Source: Camelus ferus (Eukaryota). From it: a DNA stretch of 64,000 bases. Where the stretch lies: positions 43,960,001 through 44,024,000 of the forward strand of contig NC_045696.1 of the NCBI RefSeq assembly GCF_009834535.1, written 5' to 3'. The notes under the pieces are model-generated. The model had not been told where the DNA came from. It saw nothing but the letters and a program-made list of their open reading frames with translations, and searched no databases. Position 1 is the first letter of the stretch; every line of letters begins with the position of its first letter. A program made the translations under genes and the position numbers. Below are positions 38,981-50,247 of the stretch, piece by piece.

Positions 38981-41354
38981 GTGTGAACTATTTTGATTCT
39001 CTTTTTTGATATGATTTATTAATTAGACAATGACCATAAACCACATATCTGAGACTCTGGTAATGTGCATTAGTAAAGATACAGCTATTGGATCAGGAGC
39101 TACAATTGGAACTACTTTTTGATTGAATTTACATTAGTTAACTGTTATTCTCCAGCAATTGTTTTTCCTACGGGTGCCTTGGATGAATTAAACTGTGATA
39201 TGATGTGATATGATGAGAACCACCATCCCTGCATCCTTTAGTGGAGACACTGATCTCTCCCATTCCCTCAGGAATGCATGCTCATTTTACTCTTTTGGCT
39301 AGGACATGAGGAAGGGGGCAGTTTCAGAGGCCTTTACTTGGCCTTTACCAATAAAATTGCTCTTATCTAACAAGCCAAGATAGTGCCAGTCACTCATGTT
39401 TCTATTCCAGTTATACACTGAGGAACAAGAGGCATACCCATCACAGAATCTCTCCACCAGGTGACTCACTCTGAGCTGGCCCTATTCCAGGAATCAGTTT
39501 ATTACCTGGTTCCTATATGCTACCACTCTTAACATGAGTACAGTGATTATCCTTTAAATCCTGTATGTCAGTCATCAGTTCTTGCTTCTATAGTTCTCTC
39601 AACATCCAGATATTCACACCAGTAACAATTACTAAACAGCTATACATTCCTTTAAGAAAGCATTGAGAGATTCCTTACCTTATACACCTGCTATAATGCT
39701 GCAGAATCCTTTCTCCTAGGTACCTGCCTTTCCTTCAATGAATTCCATGTCTGAATAGTTAAATTTTGGAAACTGGGCAAGAGATCATGCTTTTCTATAG
39801 CAGCAAGTGTCATCAACTTCCTGAATAAACATTCTTGATTTTGGGGGGCTGAATATTTTAAGAAATACCTTTGTTGGCTGCCTTTCAGTCTTGCCTTAGG
39901 GACGTCATGTTTCATTAAGGATTCTCTTACCTCTCTGCAAGGCAAATCCTCCTTGCTGGCACTCAAGTATTCTCATTTATTGTGACTATTGTACCCATCT
40001 TGCTTCTGATGGTTAAGTACCACCCCTTAGACTTTAGCAGTTGAGGTTCCTAGGATCCCCATTGCTAGTGGAAAGCTCAAATCTGTCACAACATCTCCTA
40101 CATCAGCCTTGTGTTAGAGAGGATAGCTGTGAATAAGCTCTTGTTTGCACTAGACCATTCCTACTACTATACATTTGATGTCTTCCAAGTCCTCTGGTGG
40201 AACATGATCATCTAGTGGGTTTTCTGGCCTTACATATTACATCCACTCTCCAGAATGGCTAAAACTCCACACCTTTTGATCCCTTCTTATATCATCTTCT
40301 GTGAAAGTTCTGGCATTTCTACTTTATTTTGCATGGGCTTCTATTTTCTCCAAGTTTCTAAGAGTCATCTCAGCAGCATGTTGAATTTTGGAGGGGAGTT
40401 CTTGGTAGAGTATTAATGTATAACTAAAAAAGTGTTCCCATATTTATATATCTATATATGTTCATTATCAAACTTTACGTTCTGTCGCCTTCAATTTAGC
40501 ATCTTCTGTCTCCCACCTACAGACACTCTCAGCTCCTCCTGGTACCAGTCCAGCATTTATAGCCTCTATTCTCCATCGGAAAGATTTTTCCAATGGGTTA
40601 GGTAGTAACTTAATTCTGGTTATTGGCTTAGCGGTCAGGGGAAAGTTGAGGATGACTCTGGTGGATTGGGTTGTTTTCTTGCAGGGCAGAGACCTTTGCA
40701 TCATCTTCCAAAAAGGAATGTTTGTTAGCCCTTAAGAGGGAGGATTGTACTACCACTTCTACAAATTTGAAAATTCAGGGGAATCTGAGGGTTTAATGCA
40801 TTAATCCAGATGTTCCCTTTCAGTGACTTTGGTTGCATTTTCCTTCATTCAGAGCTCTGATCGTGGCACAGCAGACCTGCCCAGTTGAAGATTTAACTTC
40901 CATTGAAGTTCTGCTGCACAAAAACTTAAATCTGGATCTGATCCTTGTCTTTCTCTGCCCTCTAACTGCAGAAGACTACAGTACCTTTATATGCTGCCAA
41001 GGAGGCTTTCTGGCTTTCACATTTAGCCTTTAATTACTGATTAATTACCTTCAGCCTTTCATTATCTTTATTCACAAAGTTCATGAAAGTGCCCCCAGCA
41101 AAAGCCATCCAAATTCAAAAACCATCAATCTAATTCCTTATATTTCTCAAACAAATGATACATTATGCCTGCTAGTGTATTTCCTCTTATGGATTATTCT
41201 ATCCCAGTTCCCCATAGGTAAAAGTCTTAACAATTGCACTGCTATCTTATGCCAGGCTATCTGTGTTCCATTACTACCCTATGAGGTTGTCTTCCACAAC
41301 TCTAAAATCCCAACTTGATGTCCACTTTCTCTGCTCACCACCATCATCAACTAG

Positions 41355-41733
41355 TACAGGTCAGTTACCTAGAATGCAGTCACCGAGATAGAAACTGACA
41401 TGCAGGAAATTAATTGCAGAAGGTATACCTTTGAGGGAAGGGAAGAAATTAAGACTGGAATGAAAAAGAATTTAGTCTGAGTGCTAAAATTTTAGCTTGG
41501 GTGCACAACAAGGGATTGCGAAACTGAAATGACCCTTCTGATCTCTAGTTGAAGAAAAATTTCAGGAATGTATATGTAACCAAGTAGCTAAATCATTGGG
41601 TTTAGGCTTACTCAGGAAGAATGTGTGATTTTGTCAGCCATATCTTAAAAAGGCTGACAGCTGAGAGCTGTCAATCAGCAACACTTTCAGAAGCTGGAGT
41701 GAGGATTTGGGTGATTGAGTGAAGTATCCATTA
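41355..41733 (-). mobile_element. 5' LTR of the ERVL provirus (LTR16/LTR33-like)
   Basis: aggtcagttacctagaatgcagtcaccgagata...ggctgacagctgagagctgtcaatcagcaacact. Abuts the gag-proximal end of the internal region in the same orientation. Confidence 0.75.
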
Positions 41734-41739
41734 CCTTAA

Positions 41740-42880
41740 GGTTATCTCTTTTTTGTCTCACTTTACATGAATTTTCAGCAGCATTTTTACTGTAACTCAT
41801 GATTTCTATGAAATGATACTATTTGGTTTCCATCCTTCTTCTATAGACACTCTTTATCTTTACATATAATTTCTTTTTTTCTCCTCCATAAACTTTCTTC
41901 TTAGATTATTTTATCTACTCCTGGACTTAAATATCATCTATATATTTAGGACTCCATAATTTATGTCTCTAGTCCATATCTTTCCTCTGAGCTCCAGAGT
42001 CACATATCCCTCAGCTTGTTGGACAAATCTACCTCAAAGACTAAAAGGTAATTTGAAATTAAATTTCAAAAGTAAAAAGAACAATTTTTGATTGTGTTAG
42101 TTTTCCTAATCTAAACCTGTTTGTCTACCAGTTTTCCTAATTGTCAGAAAATGTCATTACTATCCAAATATCATTACTACCCAGTGATCATACCAGAAAT
42201 CTTAGAGTAATTATGGATACATCCCTAGGTCCCCACCTTGTATGCAACTCATAATCAAAGGTTATCAGTTGTCTCTACTGTCATTACCTCATTTTTAGCC
42301 ACCATATTTCTATTGTAGATGATGATAATACTTTCCTTACTAGGCTTTTGATTCTACCCTTGCCTCCTCATCTGTTTCTCCACTTAGCAGTAAGAATAAA
42401 CTTTGTAAAGCATACATAAGACGACACTCTCATCTGTAAAATAATATGATGGCTTTTCATAACATTATGTGTAAATTACCAACTCCTTCTTGTGGTCCAC
42501 TAAACCCATCTTGATATGCCTTCTTCCTTATCTGGTCTTTCTCATACTACTGCTCTGTTTTTTCATTCTACCTGCCTTTTTTCATTCCCCTAAACACATC
42601 AAATTCTTTCACATATCAGTCTTTGCACATAATTTTTGTTTGTTTCATACTTTCTCCAACTCTTGGTTTGAGTGATCTCTACTCTTTTTAAAGAATTTAG
42701 CTTGTCTCATTCTTAGAGTGATCATTCATATAATTTATCACAGCTTATCATTCTATACTTTTTAGTTCTGATTGTCTCTTTAATAGACTTTGAGCTTCCT
42801 CTAAGCTTAGATTACATCAGCTTTGTTTGTGTTGTCAGTATTTACCTGGAACACAGTAGACATATATTTTAGAAGTATTT
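41740..42880 (+). mobile_element. L2 (RT region to 3' end)
   Basis: ttttcagcagcattt encodes an SAAF-like RT motif. Also atgtctctagtccatatctttcctctgagctccagagtcacatatcc, and the 3' end cctggaacacagtagaca. Confidence 0.8.
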
Positions 42881-43710
42881 CTTAAATATCACTTTAATAC
42901 ATGTTAATAGTTTTTAAAAGTAAATCATAGAAAGTTTGTGCCCTCATGGAAAATTCTACATTAAGCATACTATCCTGAGGACAGGCACATTGGATTTTTC
43001 AGATAAGTCATTTTTAGACATATGAAAAGGACCCTTCCAGTGAATGTTTTTATAGTCTTATTTTGAGTACAGATGTAGAGTGTAGCCATACAAAGTAACA
43101 TCAAAGTTTAATAAAAATCAGCATTTCTTATGTCTCACTAATGATTCTAACAATTGAAACTTTGCTGTTTCTCTTACAATAAAACTCACAGACTTAAGAA
43201 AATTTATAATATTTAGGATTTTCAGAAAAGAATTTTACTCATGCTGCTGCAAAGGAGAAGCAAATGAATTTATTTATATAATATTTTACTCTATAATTTT
43301 CTGAAATTAAAATATTTTATAATCACAATTCATAATATTTTAGAAATTAGTCATCCAGTTATTAATGCTCTATCATATTTTATATATTATTATTGCTTGG
43401 AGGCCATATATTTTCTTGAATGTCATTGATTGGTGTATCTGCATTTTCAGCCATTTTTCTCCATCCTTATAGTCAAGGGCAATCACATGTAACTATGCAA
43501 AAGTGCCACAGCTTAAAAATATCCAAGTGTTATTTTTTACATTCAACACTGGTCTCATTCCATTTAGTCTCTTAATGTGGATGAGCACATCTTCTCCCAA
43601 GATCATTTTAAAGATGTCTTAAGAGTTCCCACTCATGTTCTCTGCAGACTTGGATTAACCACTATTTCCTACGTGAACCAATTCTTATGGAATATCTATT
43701 ATATATTAAC

Positions 43711-43902
43711 AGACTCATAGACATAGAATACAAGCTTGTGGTTGACAAGGGGGAGGAGGGTGGGAAGGGATAGACTGGGAATTCAGAATTTGTAGATACT
43801 GACAGGCATATGTAGAATAGATAAACAAGATTATACTGTATAGCACAGGGAAATATATACAAGATCTTGTGGCAGCTCACAGTGAAAAAAATATGACAAT
43901 GA
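43711..43902 (+). mobile_element. Young L1 3' UTR fragment lacking polyA signal and tail
   Basis: Homologous to the 3' UTRs at ~24185-24375 and ~54928-55125. Flanked by the direct repeat ATATATTAAC at 43701-43710 and 43903-43912. Confidence 0.9.
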
Positions 43903-43914
43903 ATATATTAACCA

Positions 43915-44880
43915 TTGTTTTAAGCACTGAGGTTACTTCAGGTAAAGATAACAAATAAAAATGCCACCTCTAAGAAGTAAGCATTTTATTTAGGGGAGAT
44001 AGACCCTAAAACATAATAAATGAGGCAAAACTGCTATTTTTTAAAAAAAAAAAAGAAAGAAAATGTCAAGTAAGAGGAAGTGAGAGTGTCACGGAAGCCA
44101 AGGAAGAGAATGTTACTATTTAAAATAGTTAATATCTTATTTTGTGGTTGGCTTTCTTCCTTTGATAATTTTGTAAGTTTAAAAAGCTAAAGCTCTAAAC
44201 AGTTCTTAGAAATAATGATCAGTACACATGTACACCAAAAAAATGTGCAGTATATTATATATATATATTTACATGCAATATATTGTGTATGTGCAGTCAA
44301 ATTGTAACAATTCTACCTAATGAAACTGAAAAATGAAAAAAAATTGTTAATATTTACCTATTTTTCATGAGAGTAAGGCTCCTGGAAAAGATACAGAATA
44401 TACTTGAAATTAGTGATTGAAGGAGTTACATGGATACATGGAGGAAGAGAATTCCAATCAGAGAAACAGGTAGTAGAAAGGCTCTAAGGAGCATACCTGG
44501 CATTTCTAGAAATAACATGAAAAATCAATGTGGAAAGGGTTAAGGAGAGAAGGAGAAGACATCAGAAAATATATGGTAAGAGTGGGGCTAGAAGTGGGAG
44601 CAGGGTAGATCTTGAAGCTATAATAAGAACTTTCATTTTTAGTCTATGTAAAATTGGGAAACATTGGAGGGTTCTGGGTAAAGTTATGATGTGATCTGAT
44701 TTTTTTTAAGGCCACTTTGGCTGCTGGATAAGGTACTATTTTAAGAACCTGGGTAAGGGAAGACAGTAGCTTTGACCAGGAGTAAAGTGATGAAAATGAG
44801 TTAGATTCTGCATTTATTTTGAATCTAGAGCCAAAAAGATTTACTTTAGGAAGTGATGTCAGTCAGTGAATAAAGGATAT
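43915..44880 (-). mobile_element. L2 fragments
   Basis: taagcactgaggttac...; ggaaacattggagggttctgg...atgatgtgatctgatt...ccactttggctgct; agattctgcatttattttgaa. Confidence 0.65.
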
Positions 44881-46319
44881 TTTATCTTTTTTATACTAAA
44901 ATATATTTCAGGTTCTTTTAATCCACACTTACAGTATGCCTAACCACAGGAGCATTCAGTACTTTACAAAACAACTAAAGATAAAAAAATAGATAATAAC
45001 CATTATGTCACAAAGTGACAGAACTTTGTATGATTCTATTGCCAAAGGCAATATTTTCATAGGAAACGTAAATAAATGTATATAGTTGTTTATTACCTAT
45101 CTTGCAACAGTAGACTGAAAATTGTTAGCTGGGTTAGAGTTTATAAGTGATTTGGGTATCTGTAGACAAAAAACACACATATTTTATAGATATACATTAA
45201 TCTGCAAATAAAGACATTGAAGAAATATATAGTACTCAGGTCTGTTGCAGCAGAAGAGGAAAAAAACATACATTAAATTTGTGCTGTGAGGTATGCAGCA
45301 GTAATAACTCATCTGCTCCCTGTGGTAATACTAGTTGTCTTCACTCAAGATTTTTGAAAAATAGTATTTGTTGGAAATAAATTGTTTGACTACTAATTAC
45401 ACCTAACCTTCAAATAAGTAATATTTTTCTTCCAGTTCAATTATCTCATTAGATATTCCTGCTAGTTAAGAGGAGAAGTGGCTGCTGGTATTACCCAAGT
45501 TGTGAAAACCAATAACCAAAATATTGTTTAAAAAGGTATAGTTTGAATATGTTCATAGTTTTGACATAAAATAATAAATTTATGTATCTCCAGAAAATAG
45601 ATAAAAATGTCCTCAATACATGTAAGTAGTTAACTTGATTAGAGTAATTACCTTTAGTGCCCAGAAACACACAAATGCATGCATATCTGAGTATCTTCCA
45701 TTTATCATTTAAGTTCTAATATGTTATTTATAGACATCTAGGACATTTATTTCCTTTACTTTTATTTTATCTTTTCTCTCTCTTTGTCACTCTCTCCCTT
45801 TCTCTCCCTCTCTCTTCTGCTACCTGTTGATTTTTGTTTGTTTGGGTTGTCCACTTTTTTAAAACTTTGAGGTGAATTAGAAATTATCTAAAAAGTAAAA
45901 GTGAGCCAGAAAGTTAGACCAATGTATGGCTGATACCATGCAGTAATTTTCATGAAGATCACTAAAATAGATGAATCTTGATTGTTTTTAGACTAATAGT
46001 CATTCTTAACAATGGAACCAAAATATCTATGCACAATTCATAGTTTAGTCTCTTTACAAGTTAAAAATACAGGAAAGCAAGTCATACTTGTATAAGTGTA
46101 CAATCCTAGATAGTTATCAAAATAATATATAAGAATTTAGAAAAATTTTAGGCATGTTTATCATTACAAAATATAAATTTAATATGTGGAGTATTATTTT
46201 CCTATATTATTTAATTACATTTTAAAGTACAGCTAAATTTTTAGTCTTCATGCAAAGAGAAAGATTAAACATAATAAGTGAAAAGCAAACTTATTGACAG
46301 TACCAATACCTCATCTAAT

Positions 46320-47268
46320 AGACGGAATTATTGCTTTTAGTTCTTCATCCTTTCCTGTAGCTACAATGTTTTCCATGTGACATTGCAGTTTGTCCCACAG
46401 GGGCAGAGTACACTTCCTTCCACCTTGATTTTGAATTTAGCTTTGTGATTTGCTTTGCTGAATGGGGTGTTAATGGATGTGCTTGGCCATTTGGACTTTT
46501 CCTTTTGTGTTTCCATGTATGCCACAAGAAGGGCTTCCTTCAGATTTAGCTGTGTCTTCAGCCTGGGCATAAGAATGGGCTCCTGTGCAGCATAGTCAGC
46601 CTAACTGAACCATTGACGAGCAGCATGGACCACAGCCACCTCTACTATGATGGCCTGACACAGAGCTTTCCTGACAACCACATGGTAGGAACACAAAATA
46701 AGAGCTTTTTGTCTATTTAGGGCTGCATTGAATCCTCTAAAAATATGTTGAAGTCCTAACTCCCAGTACCTGTAAATTTGACCTTAGTTGGATATAGGAT
46801 CTATGCAGATAGTCAAGTCAAGATGAGGTGCTATTTTAGAGCTATATCTCATCTCTAAAATAGTACCATCTTAGTTGAGGCCATGAGAGTATGTCCTAAT
46901 CCAGTATGACTGTGTCCCTGTAAAAGGGAAAATTTGGACACAGAGATCAGTACAGGGAGAATGCCGTGTGATGATGAAAACAAAGATCAGGGTGATACCT
47001 GTGCAGGCCAAGATCTGCCAAAGACTGCCAGCAAACCACCAGAAGCTAGTGGAAAGGCATGGAGCACATTCTCCCTCCCAGCCCTCAGAAGGAACTGCCC
47101 TGTATTGATCTCAGACTTTTAGCCTCCAAAACTGTGAGATGGTACATTGCTGTTGTTTAAGCTACCCAACTGTGGCACTTTGTTACACCAGCCACAGCAA
47201 ACAAATATATTGTAATGCCACTGAGACTTTGCAGTGGTTTGTACCACAACGATAATTGATTTCTACAC
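46320..47268 (+). mobile_element. MaLR LTR (MLT1H-like), split by a nested MLT1C
   Basis: ccatgtgacattgcagtt...ccttgattttgaatttagctttgtgatttgctttg on the left; resumes as ttgtaatgccactgagactttg after the insert. Confidence 0.8.
46714..47209 (+). mobile_element. MaLR LTR (MLT1C-like), nested
   Basis: atatgttgaagtcctaactcccagtacct...gccagcaaaccaccagaagctag...ccctcagaaggaac. 5 bp flanks TTGTC and TTGTA. Confidence 0.9.
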
Positions 47269-47939
47269 CTTATTTCTGATTAGACCAGCAGCAGGAAAAT
47301 TAGAAAATTAGAAAAATATAAAGAAGAATGAAAAAAGTATTCTGTAGTGTTTCAAGATAGAGCCTGTTTTCCAGCCTGTTTTTGGTCAACATATTAGATT
47401 AAATCATGCATGTCTGTCTGTCTGTCTATTTATCTATCTTTCTAACTACTTATATAGTAGGTATTTTCTTATGTCTTTATTAATTATATGTCTTATCCAT
47501 TTTTTGTCTTACGTTAGAACATATAAATTTTATATGGTATTTAGAAAGTCTTCATAAATGACATTTTAACAATTTCCAGTACTTTGTTGAGAACTATTCT
47601 AATCATCATCAATACCAAACTTTTTATAATCAAAATTTCTGATAATACATCCTTTAGCAGTGATAGTCAAAATTCAGGCAACAGAGAAACAAAGAGCTAA
47701 AAGTTGAACAAACTGAAACTCTTTCCATAAGTGTCATAACAGATACTTGATAAATAGATAAGGACATCTTCAATAATTGAATTATCATTATTGCTCCTAT
47801 ATATTCAGTCTGGAAAATTAAAACAGGCTCTCTTTGCACCAGAACAGTGAGACTTCCTAGAAGCCATTTTGAAATTAATGATAGAGCACCAGTACTCCAA
47901 GAGCCCAGAGTCAGGTACCACTACTTAATTTCTGTGTTA

Positions 47940-48330
47940 ACGTAACTGGATTAAGATTATTGTCATATGCAAGTAACAGAGAACTTAATAAAGTAGTTAG
48001 AGGTTTATTTTTCCTGATTTTTTCCCCATAAATAGAAGTCTGGAGATAGTTGACTTCAGTCAGGCATTGATTTATTGCTGGCATCTTTGCAAATCCCTTG
48101 ACATTTCTTTCATGCTCCATATTTTATAAGATAGTCTGTAGCTTCAAATGTCTGATGAAGATAATAATAAGATAGAATAGATGGCAAGTATCTCATTTGT
48201 CAGTTTTATTCCCAAAAAGAAAAAGCTTTCCCCCAAATACTTAACAGATACAAGCTTGTACTTTATATCCTGAATTATATCACATGGTAAATTCTAAAAA
48301 TAGAGACTGAGTTAGAATTTAGCTTATAGG
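47940..48330 (-). mobile_element. Old MaLR LTR (MLT1J/K-like)
   Basis: tgcaagtaacagagaac...aggtttattttt...agaagtctggagatag...tcacatgg. Confidence 0.5.
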
Positions 48331-49369
48331 AAAAGGAATTTGTCATATAAGCAGAATTTATTACACTGAATAGGTATCCAAGAATGTAAGTGTAGCTTGC
48401 CAAATTTTTTGAAAGAGGAGATTGTAGGATTTGAAGAAACTGGATATTCATTGAGAATGTAATGCAAGTGTTGTAATAACATTAAGATAGAAAATAAATA
48501 TAGTAGCAGTGAGGTTAGTATTTGCACCTTTTGTGGCAATAGTAACAGAAGCTAAAAAAGTAGCCACAGAATAAAGATGAGACTTCTGGTGGCAGCACAG
48601 GAGATTTTCATGTCTGGCGAAGACACATGAACCAACAGGATGTGTCAAGGAAAGAAGAGCAACCTCGTGGGTTTAGGATACCAGGACTATACTAATCAAA
48701 ACTCAGAATTAATGATTACTGAATTTGATAACCACACCTTAGATATTGTTTCATGCCCTTTTATTTCTGTGATCATTTCCAGTCTTGCAAACAATCTCTA
48801 CCACATCAATAAGGCTATTGTGTTCACAAATCAAACCATATCCATTGACTTGAAACAAATGTAAGACAAGGCCATCTACTTCTTTTTCTGTGGTTGGCAG
48901 ACTGTCAACTCTTTCCAAGTTAACCCTCTTCAGGCATAAGTATATTTCCTTCTTTGATTTTATCCATGATGAGTTTTGTAATACCAGCATTATTTGATAA
49001 AAGAAAAGTTATTTTCTTACAATCTCTTTAAACATTATGTTTAAGAATTAGTATTTTTTTAGTGTATAATAATCACTGGAAATAAATTTTGTGTTTTACT
49101 ACCAAGCCCAATATATTTATCAGACAAGTTCATCCACAATTTTAACATACTGGTTCTGCTAACCAAGTTTAAAGTTCCTATCAGTTTGGTTATTGAAAAT
49201 AAGAATACACCTATTTGTTATAAAAATCATTCAAGCATAGTGTGGTAAACAATCTGATTTCTCTTAAGAATTATTTTCTCCCTACTGACCCACATCCTAT
49301 CATACTTTCCCATGCAAAATAATAATAGCTACCATTTATTTAGTAGCTGCTATGTAAGAGGCACCATTT

Positions 49370-50247
49370 TGCATATTCAGTATATTTAGATGAACTATAA
49401 TATGAAATTCTAAAAACACAATTTCCAATAACATCTCCCAAAATGAAACACATAGGCATAAACCTAACAAAATATATACTGGAATTGCATACAGAAAACT
49501 ATAACACATAAAAAAACAAAGAAGATATATATGCATTATATAAATATACATATTTATATATGCTTTTCATGAATTGGACCCAATATTGTTAAGATGTCAG
49601 TGTTTTCCCATACGATTATAGATTCAAAGCAATCTTAACCCAAATCCAAGCAAGCTATTTTATAGATATTGTCAAACAGATTCTAAAGTTTATATGAAAA
49701 GGGAAAGGGTCTAGAATAGCCAACAAAATACTGGGGGAGAAGGAGGAAGAGAAAGAAGGAAAAAAGGGGAAGGGGGAAGAGAAGATGACAATTGGATGAC
49801 TCACACTATCTGATATTACAGCTTATTCTATGGCTATAGTTATCAAGAGAGCATGCTATTAGAGAAAAAAGAAACACAAAGATAAATGGAACAGAATAAA
49901 AAGCTCACAAATAGACCCACATGAATATAGCCAACTGATCTTTGACAAAGAGCAAAAGGATAGTCTTTTCAAACAGTGTCAGAGTAATTAGAAATGTTTC
50001 ATGCAAAAGAAAAAATACCTAGACATAGACCATATGCCTTTGACAATTATTAGCTAGAAATGGAACATAGACTTACTATGAGATGCAAAAGTATAGCACA
50101 TCCTGCAGTAAACATAGGAGAAAATCTTTACAACTTTGGTTTTGGTGATGAATGTTTAAGTGCATGATCCACAAAAGAAAAAAAAAGGTCAGGTGAACTT
50201 ATCTCCTAAGAGATTAACAGACACATCACCAAGATATACATATGGCA
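49370..50247 (+). mobile_element. Old L1 ORF2 fragment
   Basis: taggcataaacctaacaaaatat...caatattgttaagatgtcagt...caactgatctttgacaaag...aaacataggagaaaatctt. Confidence 0.85.

Larger units (their letters stand above)
37790..41352 (-). mobile_element. ERVL internal region (gag, protease, RT, partial downstream pol), decayed and interrupted
   Basis: Minus strand ~39140-39020 reads WRITVN*CKFNQKVVPIVAPDPIAVSLL, compared with ERVL RT WRMTVDYRKLNQVVTPIAAAVPDVVSLL. ~39260-39215 gives EISVST/LKDAGMV. ~41110-40940 gives GWLLLGAL...KDNERLKVINQ*LKAKCESQKASLAAYK (ERVL gag). The portion left of ~38350 is less certain. Confidence 0.85.

Noticed and set aside
18530..41733. Pairing the two LTR16/33-like LTRs as ends of one provirus
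   Set aside because: They are in opposite orientations, 22 kb apart and not obviously similar to each other.
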